Shown here piece by piece: positions 45,873 through 55,089 of a stretch of DNA of 59,674 bases. The position numbers were made by a program, and so were the translations under genes. The DNA lies in IMG/VR virus record IMGVR_UViG_3300025769_000116, positions 1 to 59,674 of that record. One strand, 5' to 3'. Within the stretch, counting starts at the first letter, position 1. Every line of letters starts with the position of its first letter. The stretch is from a virus (Duplodnaviria > Caudoviricetes). The notes under the pieces were generated by a model. The model was not told where the DNA came from. It saw only the letters and a list, made by a program, of their open reading frames with translations, and ran no database searches.

Positions 45873-46540
45873 TATTGTCCCTCATTATATTGTTTAGTCC
45901 ATGGCATTCCAGTAGAACCCCAATGGTGCTCAGCGTATACTTTATCTGGTCCATTATAATATTCAGCTCCGCGCGCATAATATTGTGGGATAAAGTAATG
46001 GGATGGCCAAATCCTTAAATCGTCTCTATCAACATAACGTGATAGGTATTTGTTACCAGTAGACATATAAGGTTCTGGCATTAGTTGTCCAGGATATAAT
46101 TTATGAAGATCGTCAATAATATCTTCAAGTAATTTGTTTCCAGGATTTGCTGCCATAATTGGCTGCACAAAGTTTTTATAGTTAGGATCTGTATGCTTGC
46201 TATTTTCAAAACAAGTATAAGCAAAGTTATCAGGAGAATCAAAAAGTTCTTCACAATTATTTAAACAAACCATATCTGCTTCAGGCCAAAAGCCACCTTC
46301 TTCATATATCAATTCATAACGAATTAAATCAGAAACTCCACACCACTTACGAGTATAATAATAACGATCAATAAGTTTTTGATTTCTAAATGTTCTTTGC
46401 TTAAGCATATCATCTGTAAAGATTTTATACTCCCAGTCTGGATGTTTATCTTTCCAGGTATTCATCCATTGAAGAGGCGGTTGATAAGGACCTATCCAAA
46501 TTTGAGTAATTTTTTTTTCAATCATTGTATTAAATTCCAC
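45872..46540 (-). CDS. GT32/OCH1-like glycosyltransferase
   Basis: QIWIG, DLIRYELIYEEGG, EAD at the DXD position, HHWGST. Confidence 0.78.
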   Translation of the reverse strand: MEFNTMIEKKITQIWIGPYQPPLQWMNTWKDKHPDWEYKIFTDDMLKQRTFRNQKLIDRYYYTRKWCGVSDLIRYELIYEEGGFWPEADMVCLNNCEELFDSPDNFAYTCFENSKHTDPNYKNFVQPIMAANPGNKLLEDIIDDLHKLYPGQLMPEPYMSTGNKYLSRYVDRDDLRIWPSHYFIPQYYARGAEYYNGPDKVYAEHHWGSTGMPWTKQYNEGQ

Positions 46541-47310
46541 CTTTTATTATCATCACATAATTTCAATACACTATCTCTTTCAACAAACCAATCGTGTTTA
46601 AAAAAACAAAGTCTTTTACCCTCTTCTGTCATTTCAATTTTTTCTTTTGGAGAACTAAATGTAGGTGTTTCTTTAAAATCAAAACCGTAAATATTTACTG
46701 ATTGCACTTGATCACGATTTTTTCTTTTAATATTTTTATTAAATGCGTCGAGTATGTGTAATACTGTTACACCAGTAGATGGGTTTCTAAATTTTCGCCA
46801 AAGGAGCGCTTTTAAATCCCTTTCATTAGCATATTTTTCATTGTATTCATGTTCAAATTCTTTTTTAGCAAGAGGATTTTGATATTTTAAAGGGGTGCCT
46901 TTTGGAAGCCAAAAAAAGCCTTTTGTCATTTTATTAAAGCCTAGACCTAAGTCTAAAACATTAACTTTAACACCATCATCTCCATTTAAAGTATCTACCA
47001 TTTTTGGTGCAGCTATAGGCCCTGGCACTACGCCAGGATGATCTGCACCTATTCTACTAACCCAAAAGTGATAATTTTCGGTATCCCATACAGACCAAAC
47101 ATCTATTTTAGATCCAACAGCTGACTTTAAATCATATTCTTCATTATCATACCTTTCATCTCCAACAAAAAAAATTCCTGAATGATTCATTCTAATCACG
47201 ACATCGTGTGAATCTATTTCTTCACCATATGTTTTAGAATTAAGAGATTGCGCGTTTCCTACAACTGCAACCCTTTTTTCAGCTACTAATGCGTGAAATT
47301 CGGGTATCAT
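46522..47310 (-). CDS. GT29 (sialyltransferase-like) protein
   Basis: VAVVGN...GEEIDSHDVVIRMN, PSTG, YGFDF, HDW..E. Confidence 0.72.
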   Translation of the reverse strand: MIPEFHALVAEKRVAVVGNAQSLNSKTYGEEIDSHDVVIRMNHSGIFFVGDERYDNEEYDLKSAVGSKIDVWSVWDTENYHFWVSRIGADHPGVVPGPIAAPKMVDTLNGDDGVKVNVLDLGLGFNKMTKGFFWLPKGTPLKYQNPLAKKEFEHEYNEKYANERDLKALLWRKFRNPSTGVTVLHILDAFNKNIKRKNRDQVQSVNIYGFDFKETPTFSSPKEKIEMTEEGKRLCFFKHDWFVERDSVLKLCDDNKRWNLIQ

Positions 47311-47312
47311 TT

Positions 47313-47876
47313 TTATACCTTTTCTACCCACCAAACAAAATCGTCTGCTGTAGTATAAGTATCGCCAAACGCTTCCTTTACTGCTTGTTGTACAGTTGGA
47401 AAATGAATGTCGTGTCCAATGATTCTACCACCTTTCTTAATCTTAGGTGTCCAGTCCTTAATATCTCTTGAGCATCCTTCGTAACCATGATCAGCATCAA
47501 TAAAAACAAAATCTAAGCTTTCGTCTTCAACTTGCTCAGCGGCTTTTGACGTGTAGTCTCGAATAAACGTTGTTCGATCTGGATGTTGAGCACAAAATTC
47601 CATGATATTAGAATAATATTTGTCATGATCCCAAGCATGGCCATTTTCGCCGGGAGTCCATTTTTCAGGTCCATTGTTTCCTGGTTGAGGAGCATATAAA
47701 TCAACGCCGATCATATGCATATTTCGACACGTTTTAACTAAGTGCCTAAACGTATGTCCTTCCCAAGTACCGAGTTCAGCACCTTTAGTCCAGCCAAAAG
47801 ATCTTGCCATTTTTTCAATTACTAACCATCTCCACATATCACCGCCGTCGTGCCCTCTGTCTCTTATACGTCCCAT
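47313..47876 (-). CDS. Class I SAM methyltransferase (Methyltransf_24-like)
   Basis: AELGTWEG, FIDADH, GHD. Confidence 0.85.
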   Translation of the reverse strand: MGRIRDRGHDGGDMWRWLVIEKMARSFGWTKGAELGTWEGHTFRHLVKTCRNMHMIGVDLYAPQPGNNGPEKWTPGENGHAWDHDKYYSNIMEFCAQHPDRTTFIRDYTSKAAEQVEDESLDFVFIDADHGYEGCSRDIKDWTPKIKKGGRIIGHDIHFPTVQQAVKEAFGDTYTTADDFVWWVEKV

Positions 47877-47914
47877 AATATAAACTCCATCTTATAGTTT
47901 ATTCTATTTATTGA

Positions 47915-48136
47915 TTATTCTTCGGTAACATTATTACTTAATAATCTTCCCGAAATAAGATCTGCTTTTTCTGATTGTATTACTTCAATACAAAGATTAG
48001 TAACTTCTATTTCTTTACGAATCCACCACATTTTTTGTTGCAATTTATCTAGCTCTGCTTGATAGTATTCTAACTCTTTTTCTTTCCGAATTTTTTGCTC
48101 AATAATATCGGTTAAGAGCAGAATATTATTAGCCAT
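47915..48136 (-). CDS. Small coiled-coil hypothetical
   Basis: ORF 73 aa. Confidence 0.6.
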   Translation of the reverse strand: MANNILLLTDIIEQKIRKEKELEYYQAELDKLQQKMWWIRKEIEVTNLCIEVIQSEKADLISGRLLSNNVTEE

Positions 48137-48140
48137 TTTA

Positions 48141-49532
48141 TTACAGTAGTTCAGACCACGACAACGATGCTATACCTGTTTTATTACCAAGCGTCGAAGC
48201 CATAGCTATAGTTATAGTTTCTGATTCGACTGAGGCAAAAGAATTTGTAGTGAATTTTCTTTTTAATTGATAACCTACATCTCTATCGAATAAAACGGGA
48301 ACGCTAGTACCAGATAGAATAGTAGCAGAATAAATGATATCGTCTTTTGTAAAAGACATGTCCGTGGCATCCTCATCGACTTCAACTGCGGAATATAATT
48401 CACCTTGATCTGCAAATGTAGCACCGGTAAGTGTGGCATTTCTCACTATCAAAAGAAATACAGTTGTGTTATCAGTGGTAGCAGCCTGGATTCCTCTCAA
48501 TTTCACAGCAGATTGTTTTGCTACATCTTTCAATCGCATTGTTAAAATTGGGAAAAATGTATTTGCGGCTCCTATATTATTGCCAGACGAATCGATTTCG
48601 ACAGCTGGTGCACTAGATGTATAATCTAATTTATTGATTACAGTATGAACTTGACCAACCTCTTCATACTCACCTTCAGAAATAACTGATGTAGAAGATA
48701 GATAAAAATAAGCACCACTACCTGCATAGGTTGGACTAGCAATTAATTCAGCACTTAGGGGAAGAAATGGAGTTTTGATCCAGGTACCAACGGTATTATT
48801 GGCATTATTAACTGTATGGATAACATGAAATTCGCCATCGATAACATAACCAAACCTAATACTACCAGTTCCGTACCACTCGTATTCGACACCGAGTAAT
48901 TGTTGTGCAAGTGGATTAGCAGTAATTTGAGATCTGCCGTCACCTTCAAGGGTATCACCATTCCATTCTCCAGCATTTCTACCTACTCGAACGGTCTCGA
49001 CACCATTCTTTTTAACTACAAGGAAGTAATCTCCAGTACCGTCATCTTCAAAATAGAATCCGTTATTTGCATCATACATACCTATTCTTCGAGTGATTCC
49101 TACTTCTGGTAAGTCGAATCGACATGCCATAGTTACAAATTGCTCTTTACCAGGCACATAAGGAATAATAGTAGCGGTTTCTCTTCGTATCGAATCATTT
49201 GCAGCAATAACATGAAGTACGGCAGTATTTTCTATGATACTATCAGCACCAGGGTTAAAAGGATCAAACGCTGCAGGATTAGCTGCATTATTTGCAATAT
49301 ATGATTCAGCAGTACCAGTCTTCTCTTCGAGCCAAGTCGGATCTCCAACAAGTGTATGAGAAAATGTATGATGGAATACTGTGTGGGGATTACTAACTCT
49401 TAAACGATTTTTAGAGGTGAACGAAGGTCGCCAGTCGGACTGGGCACCAAATTTATCTGCTAGATTAACGGTCTCAAATATCGAGGTGCCATTAGGCAAA
49501 TATGATTGTGTCTGTTTATTCCATTGAGCCAT
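48141..49532 (-). CDS. Putative virion structural protein, paralog of 5890-7287
   Basis: MAQWNK start; collinear similarity over about 460 aa. Confidence 0.65.
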   Translation of the reverse strand: MAQWNKQTQSYLPNGTSIFETVNLADKFGAQSDWRPSFTSKNRLRVSNPHTVFHHTFSHTLVGDPTWLEEKTGTAESYIANNAANPAAFDPFNPGADSIIENTAVLHVIAANDSIRRETATIIPYVPGKEQFVTMACRFDLPEVGITRRIGMYDANNGFYFEDDGTGDYFLVVKKNGVETVRVGRNAGEWNGDTLEGDGRSQITANPLAQQLLGVEYEWYGTGSIRFGYVIDGEFHVIHTVNNANNTVGTWIKTPFLPLSAELIASPTYAGSGAYFYLSSTSVISEGEYEEVGQVHTVINKLDYTSSAPAVEIDSSGNNIGAANTFFPILTMRLKDVAKQSAVKLRGIQAATTDNTTVFLLIVRNATLTGATFADQGELYSAVEVDEDATDMSFTKDDIIYSATILSGTSVPVLFDRDVGYQLKRKFTTNSFASVESETITIAMASTLGNKTGIASLSWSELL

Positions 49533-50771
49533 TTATTTTTGCCATCCTTTAATATATTGATCTGAAAAATTAGCATTACTAAACTGAAGCCTATCAACTA
49601 GCTTAAGAGAATTTTGACCAAGATGATCAATAGCTACAAATCCTTCTTGACCCGTAATTTCATAACCATTGCGCGTCTTAAGAAATGTTTTCAATCCACC
49701 AACCTTTTCAAGCTTACGAACAATCATTAATTTAGCATCAACTAAATGATTATAAAGCGTAAATACTTTTTCTATTTCTCTTGCATTATTCTTTTTAAAA
49801 TAAGTTAATGCTTGATTTCTGAGATCATCTTGTTTTTTCTTTCCTTTAGGTGTAGATCTTTTATCTGCTTGCTTATCATAGTAATCATTAACAAATACAA
49901 TCAAACCCTTTACAAATGTTTTTACGTTTGTAATTCTTTGACCTTGTCTTACTAAACTATTAATATACGTATTCACTCTCATGTTTAATTCGGGATCAGC
50001 CAAGTCATTAAGCGCATTCTTTGGAATAGTTCTAAACAGAGAACCGGCTTGAGAAAGAATAGAAGTAAGAGCAGCGGTTTCTTCTTTTGTAAATGTGGCA
50101 TTACCCGATTTATCTTCGAAGGTAGCGTCGACAGACCAAACAGAACTTACTTCTTTGAGGCCTGGTGTAATCGCCTTTCCAAAAGTTGCTGACATTGTTT
50201 CAAATGATTCTCCTCCGTATAGAGTGTGCCAGACCACACCGATTTTGGATCGCTTGATTCTCTTAGCGAGACTGCTATTTTCCGGTATCGCATAAACAAT
50301 GGTATTAGGATGGAAAGTAATATACGATTCTCCATCAATCGTATCCGTAGATATATCTTCTTGCGTAAAGAGAAAATCACCTTGAATTACGCCTTTCTTA
50401 ATGCCGAGCTTTGAAAATTCGGCAAGAGCAACTTTAAATTTAGCATTGAGTTCACCACTTAAATCATTGTCAATTTCAGAATTTGTTTTATAAATTTTTG
50501 GGTTCTTATTAAATACGCCTTTTTTTGCTATAAAGAATTTTCCATCAGATGGATCTATACCGGCAAAAATTGCCGGCGCTCCATCCCACTTCACACTAAT
50601 GTTAACTGGGGCACGTGCGTTACCTGAGAGCATATCTCTAATAGCACGAAAGTAATTAATAACATTACGTGTACCAATTACTCCACCATCTATAACAGCA
50701 TCTTCTGCATGAGTCATGTGAAGATTTTTACCGGTAGCCGCTTCTTCTAAATGCGTTTTAAACGTTTTCAT
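49533..50771 (-). CDS. DUF6267-like conserved T4-like protein
   Basis: KNLHMTHAED, KWDGAP, QGD, EGFV, KLVDR; MKTFK start. Confidence 0.78.
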   Translation of the reverse strand: MKTFKTHLEEAATGKNLHMTHAEDAVIDGGVIGTRNVINYFRAIRDMLSGNARAPVNISVKWDGAPAIFAGIDPSDGKFFIAKKGVFNKNPKIYKTNSEIDNDLSGELNAKFKVALAEFSKLGIKKGVIQGDFLFTQEDISTDTIDGESYITFHPNTIVYAIPENSSLAKRIKRSKIGVVWHTLYGGESFETMSATFGKAITPGLKEVSSVWSVDATFEDKSGNATFTKEETAALTSILSQAGSLFRTIPKNALNDLADPELNMRVNTYINSLVRQGQRITNVKTFVKGLIVFVNDYYDKQADKRSTPKGKKKQDDLRNQALTYFKKNNAREIEKVFTLYNHLVDAKLMIVRKLEKVGGLKTFLKTRNGYEITGQEGFVAIDHLGQNSLKLVDRLQFSNANFSDQYIKGWQK

Positions 50772-51261
50772 TACCGGCTGCCTTAAGTGTTCTATCAGAA
50801 TTTGTTTGTTTTGCTTTTTCTTTAAACTTTTTACTATCTACGTAATTTATTTTGATGCCTTGTTTTCTAATATGACTAGCAGATTTTATTTTTTGTTGTT
50901 TATGTGGAATTTGATCTTTTTGACTAACATTTTCTTCATCTCCGCCGTCAAGGCCTTTAAAACCACTATCTTTTTTAAAATGAGATATTGTTGCTGTATG
51001 CTTTTCTACTTTATCTTTATGTTTTTGATCAACATATAAATGCTTTTCGCCATTTTCATGATGGTGATATACCCAAGGTGTTTCTCTAGGAATAGCGTAA
51101 GCATGTCCTATAGTGTGTTTTTTATGAGTCGCATATACGCCAGTTATATGATTCCCGTCGTCGTCGTGGCCGTGAGATTGTTTGCCAGAGAATTTTTTAG
51201 GAGCGTCACCGTGATCTATTCTATAGTATCCTTCTTCGAGAAAGTTCTTAAACGTTTTCAT
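50758..51261 (-). CDS. His-rich putative internal head protein
   Basis: MKTFKNFLEE; 16 His in 167 aa. Confidence 0.6.
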   Translation of the reverse strand: MKTFKNFLEEGYYRIDHGDAPKKFSGKQSHGHDDDGNHITGVYATHKKHTIGHAYAIPRETPWVYHHHENGEKHLYVDQKHKDKVEKHTATISHFKKDSGFKGLDGGDEENVSQKDQIPHKQQKIKSASHIRKQGIKINYVDSKKFKEKAKQTNSDRTLKAAGNENV

Positions 51262-52259
51262 ATTTTTGTACTTGTTCCTACGATTTTAGCCTTAGGAAAA
51301 ATACCGACACGAGCATTTTTTACTGTAACGCTAGCAGCCTTAGCATCACCTCTTCTAGCTTGATATCTAATAAAGTAATAAGCTTCAAATTCACCTTTAG
51401 GAAAATCTCCATTGGTTCCTTTGTGACTAGAAATAATTTCATAAGGACCTTCACCAGAACCTTTCAAAGACATATTACCTAAGTGAAACTCATCGCAATT
51501 ACTAATACTAGGTTTGCCACCGTATTCCGGTCCATATATTGAATCAAAAACCATTGATCTATCTTTTACTACTCTATAAAAACTTTGACCTGATTTAAGC
51601 CCATTAGGCGCTGCTTTGGCAACCGCTTTCATAAATGCCGCAACATCTCTGTTTCTATTATATCTTTTTGAAGACAATCCACCATATTGTTGATAGTCTT
51701 TAGCGCTCTTACCGGCTTTATGAGAAATATAAGCTTGAGGTTCTCCAATTGCATTTACAAGTGTAAAGTCAGACTTAGGATCTCTACCTTCAAATTTACC
51801 AGTAGTACTAGCCAAATGTGCAGCATCAACAATTCTTCCATTAATCTTTATCTTAATTTGTGGAAGATTTTCTTTTGCTAATATTGCTTCAAGCTTATTA
51901 TTAAAATCAGACCTTGCCATTTCTTCGGCAGAAGTACCAGAACCAGCACCTTTACCTCCAAAAGAAGGAGTCTTTAAAAAATCTTTAGGAATCGAAAGCG
52001 AACCTTTATTTGTTTCAACTTCAAGTTTACCGCCCTTTAGAGGAAACTTGCCGTCATCAGCTTTCATAAACTCTGTTACTTTTTGAAGTTCGCTTTTATT
52101 GATAATAACTTCATCATGATCTACACCACCAAAAGGAATACCATCTTGAATTTTTTTAATAAAATTAAGAGGGCGATTTTCATCTTTACGTAAATCTGAT
52201 ATAGTTAATGTTCTAAAGGGAACTTTAGCTTCTGCCATAAAAGCTTTAAAGCGAATCAT
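51258..52259 (-). CDS. Putative PD-(D/E)XK-like nuclease with capsid-targeting-like N-terminus
   Basis: MIRFKAFMAEA; E...PKSDF...ISHK...QQYGG. Confidence 0.5.
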   Translation of the reverse strand: MIRFKAFMAEAKVPFRTLTISDLRKDENRPLNFIKKIQDGIPFGGVDHDEVIINKSELQKVTEFMKADDGKFPLKGGKLEVETNKGSLSIPKDFLKTPSFGGKGAGSGTSAEEMARSDFNNKLEAILAKENLPQIKIKINGRIVDAAHLASTTGKFEGRDPKSDFTLVNAIGEPQAYISHKAGKSAKDYQQYGGLSSKRYNRNRDVAAFMKAVAKAAPNGLKSGQSFYRVVKDRSMVFDSIYGPEYGGKPSISNCDEFHLGNMSLKGSGEGPYEIISSHKGTNGDFPKGEFEAYYFIRYQARRGDAKAASVTVKNARVGIFPKAKIVGTSTKI

Positions 52260-52285
52260 TTGTTTATCTCTTAAGCAATTTTAGT

Positions 52286-52293
52286 TATTTATA
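52286..52293 (-). promoter_or_regulatory. T4-type late promoter TATAAATA
   Basis: Exact match heading the 52259 operon. Confidence 0.7.
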
Positions 52294-52294
52294 A

Positions 52295-53728
52295 TCACTT
52301 AAAATCAAACTTGAGTTCTTTTACTCCATGAAATTTCTTTTTTCTATTACTATCTTGAAATCCAAACTCGGTGTTATCAAAAACAGGTTTGTCTTCTTCC
52401 TCTTTTGATTTTTTGGGTTTGTCAGTTGTAATACCTTCTTGAGCAGATTCTTCGAGATCATATATTTTCATTTTAGCTCGATCAATACCTACTAAAAATC
52501 TACGATAATAGCTCAAGTCACCCCAGCGATTTTTCAATTGTTTAAACATAAGTTGGCCAAGCTCATCGAGATATTCAGAAGTTACTAACCCAAAAATTGC
52601 ATCGGCTGTATGCGTAATACCCATTGACTCAGAAGTATTCGTGAGATCAACATCAGAGTTGCCATAACCATCTCTATTGAATTGTGATGAAGTGACGATA
52701 GCGCAATTGAACTCCATTGCTAGACCCCGAACTTCTTCTGCAATTGACTTGACAAGAGTGTAGCTATTGGCTGCTGCAGCACCTTTTACTCTCGAGGATG
52801 CACAAATATTTAAGTAATCGACAAACACAACATCAGGAACAAAGTTTTTCTTCATCCTAAGTTCATTCAACAAATGTCGAAAGTGACCAACATGGGCTGA
52901 GCCAGTAGGATATTCTTTAATCACAAGCTTCCCAGGTGTTTTTGATTTGTATCGATTCATTCTCTTTTCGAGTACATCACGAGGAATTTCACCAACTTCA
53001 TCTAAGGTAATATCCATTATATTAGCATCAATACGTCGAGCAACTTCTTCCTCAGCCAACTCCATAGTAACAAACAAAACGTTTTTACCGTGCATTAACA
53101 TAGACGACGCCATGTGACATTTTACCAACGATTTACCACCACCGGTTGTTGCCAATAACACAGTCATTGACTTACGAGGTAGACCACCCTTTGTTATCTT
53201 GTTTAAGAGATCAATGTCGAATGGAATGCGCTCTTCTTTCTTATGATAATAATCGTAACGCTCGTCATAATCGTCTAAGAAATCATGACCAACGCTGCTG
53301 TCAAATGTAACACCAAGAGAATCAGACAAGAGTTTTGGAATTTCACCTTTATCTAAATTCTTTTCTTCTCCATCGAGAATTAAAATTGCTTTTCGTATTG
53401 AATTATATAAATCTTTATCTTGACAAAACTTTTCAGTTTCATCTATTAAAAATTGCGTGTTAGTGTCTGTATCGATTTTAAGATCAGACAGTTGTTCTTG
53501 TATAATCTTATAGCCGTCTTCATTGAGATCCTTTCTCTTTTCAATAGACAAACGCAGAGCCTCTATGGATGGAGGCTCTTTGTATTGTTCTACATATTGA
53601 GAAAACGTATTGAAGATTTTGCTAAGATTATTGTCTTCAAAGTAATCAGATTTGATGTAAGGAAATACCTTGCGGTAGTAATCCTCATTCAGAATCAGAT
53701 TCGACAGTATCGTAGTCTCTATCATCAT
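52295..53728 (-). CDS. Replicative DnaB-like helicase (gp41)
   Basis: ATTGGGKS, IKEYPT, VDYLNI, QLKNR. Confidence 0.95.
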   Translation of the reverse strand: MMIETTILSNLILNEDYYRKVFPYIKSDYFEDNNLSKIFNTFSQYVEQYKEPPSIEALRLSIEKRKDLNEDGYKIIQEQLSDLKIDTDTNTQFLIDETEKFCQDKDLYNSIRKAILILDGEEKNLDKGEIPKLLSDSLGVTFDSSVGHDFLDDYDERYDYYHKKEERIPFDIDLLNKITKGGLPRKSMTVLLATTGGGKSLVKCHMASSMLMHGKNVLFVTMELAEEEVARRIDANIMDITLDEVGEIPRDVLEKRMNRYKSKTPGKLVIKEYPTGSAHVGHFRHLLNELRMKKNFVPDVVFVDYLNICASSRVKGAAAANSYTLVKSIAEEVRGLAMEFNCAIVTSSQFNRDGYGNSDVDLTNTSESMGITHTADAIFGLVTSEYLDELGQLMFKQLKNRWGDLSYYRRFLVGIDRAKMKIYDLEESAQEGITTDKPKKSKEEEDKPVFDNTEFGFQDSNRKKKFHGVKELKFDFK

Positions 53729-54752
53729 GTTCCTTATTAGATGTCGTCAGTTTAAATTTATTTTCAACGAATGTCTTGAACTTAGAATTTTCAACTAAAG
53801 CTTTAAAGAACTCATCATCTTTTTCGATGTCTTTTGCTCTTCGCTTTGTATCATCAATCTCACCCGTTTTTGGATCGACTATATTATACCATCCCGTACT
53901 GGCTTTTGTCAAATGGCCAGATTCAAGTGCTAAGTCAAATAAGCTAGACCACTTATCTATACCTGTGTCAAACATGACTCGGAATGGAAGCTTAGCTTTT
54001 TCCTTAACATAACGCGATTTTTCAATGTTAATCGTAAATTTAAATCCCGCCAAATCACTTCCATCTTTTTCTTGAGATTTACCAATGATAAAGATTTGAT
54101 TAGCAGAATAGTATATACCAGTACCACCACTAACAATGTTCTTTGGAAACAAACCAATCTCTTGATAAATGTGATTGATTGCAACACAAGGAATATCTTT
54201 AGTAGTGAGTCTTGGCGTGACAATTCTAAAAAGTGACTTGAGTTGTTTAGCTCGTGACATGTCAGCAACTGACTTTTCATTCATAGCATCCTCAACTTCT
54301 TTCTTCGAAGCAAGATTACCAATTGAATCAATAAGTACAAAGACATGATCACCTTTTTCAAGTTCGTCTAGACGCTTTGTCATATCGAACTTAAGTTGTT
54401 CAACATCCTCAAGAGGAACGTGTAGAACTCGACTCGTATCAATATCATAACTCTCTAAATAATCTGGAGTAGCGCCGTACTCAGAATCATAAAGAATTGC
54501 AATACTGTCATCATACTTGTCAAGATACGCTTTCATACAATAGAGACCAAGAAGAGTCTTGAAACTCTTTGATTGTCCAGCCAATACTGTTAAGCCGGGA
54601 AGTAATCCACCATCGAGTGAACCACAGAAAGCGATATTTAAAATAGGCAAATCAGTTCGAATAGGATCTTTTTCTTTAAAAAAAGAAGAATCCGCAAGAA
54701 TTGATGAACCTTTGACTGTACCAGCCTTAAGCATTTTATCCATTAAACTCAT
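53685..54752 (-). CDS. uvsX: RecA-like recombinase
   Basis: AGQSKSFKT, YDSE, IDSIGNL, SGGTG, EKSR. Confidence 0.95.
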   Translation of the reverse strand: MSLMDKMLKAGTVKGSSILADSSFFKEKDPIRTDLPILNIAFCGSLDGGLLPGLTVLAGQSKSFKTLLGLYCMKAYLDKYDDSIAILYDSEYGATPDYLESYDIDTSRVLHVPLEDVEQLKFDMTKRLDELEKGDHVFVLIDSIGNLASKKEVEDAMNEKSVADMSRAKQLKSLFRIVTPRLTTKDIPCVAINHIYQEIGLFPKNIVSGGTGIYYSANQIFIIGKSQEKDGSDLAGFKFTINIEKSRYVKEKAKLPFRVMFDTGIDKWSSLFDLALESGHLTKASTGWYNIVDPKTGEIDDTKRRAKDIEKDDEFFKALVENSKFKTFVENKFKLTTSNKEHDDRDYDTVESDSE

Positions 54753-54753
54753 A

Positions 54754-55035
54754 TTAATCTCCTGAATTCAAAAGTTTATATAACATATCTTCAAAGGCTT
54801 CGAGTTTTTCATAACGATTAGGCCAATAAATGTAATCTTTTTCAGGATTAGATTTAAGATTGGTGAGCAATGGAACAATTGCATTGTAAATTTGTTGAGC
54901 TTTAGTACCTTCCTCTTCAAGACGACGATAAAGGTTTACGTTTTGCTCATTTTTTTCACGAACAACTTCGAGCTCATCTTCTGATACAACCGAGAATCCA
55001 AAATCAAAGTCTAATGGATCATTAATAGTTGACAT
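54754..55035 (-). CDS. Conserved T4-like hypothetical
   Basis: FDFGFS, NPEKDYIYWPNR. Confidence 0.7.
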   Translation of the reverse strand: MSTINDPLDFDFGFSVVSEDELEVVREKNEQNVNLYRRLEEEGTKAQQIYNAIVPLLTNLKSNPEKDYIYWPNRYEKLEAFEDMLYKLLNSGD

Positions 55036-55047
55036 AGAAACCTCCTA

Positions 55048-55080
55048 GAAAGAGAAATAGGGATGACTCACGCCATCCCT
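55048..55080 (-). terminator. Terminator-like hairpin after gp32
   Basis: GGGATGGC-GTGA-GTCATCCC then TATTTCTCTTT. Confidence 0.7.
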
Positions 55081-55089
55081 ATGTTATAA

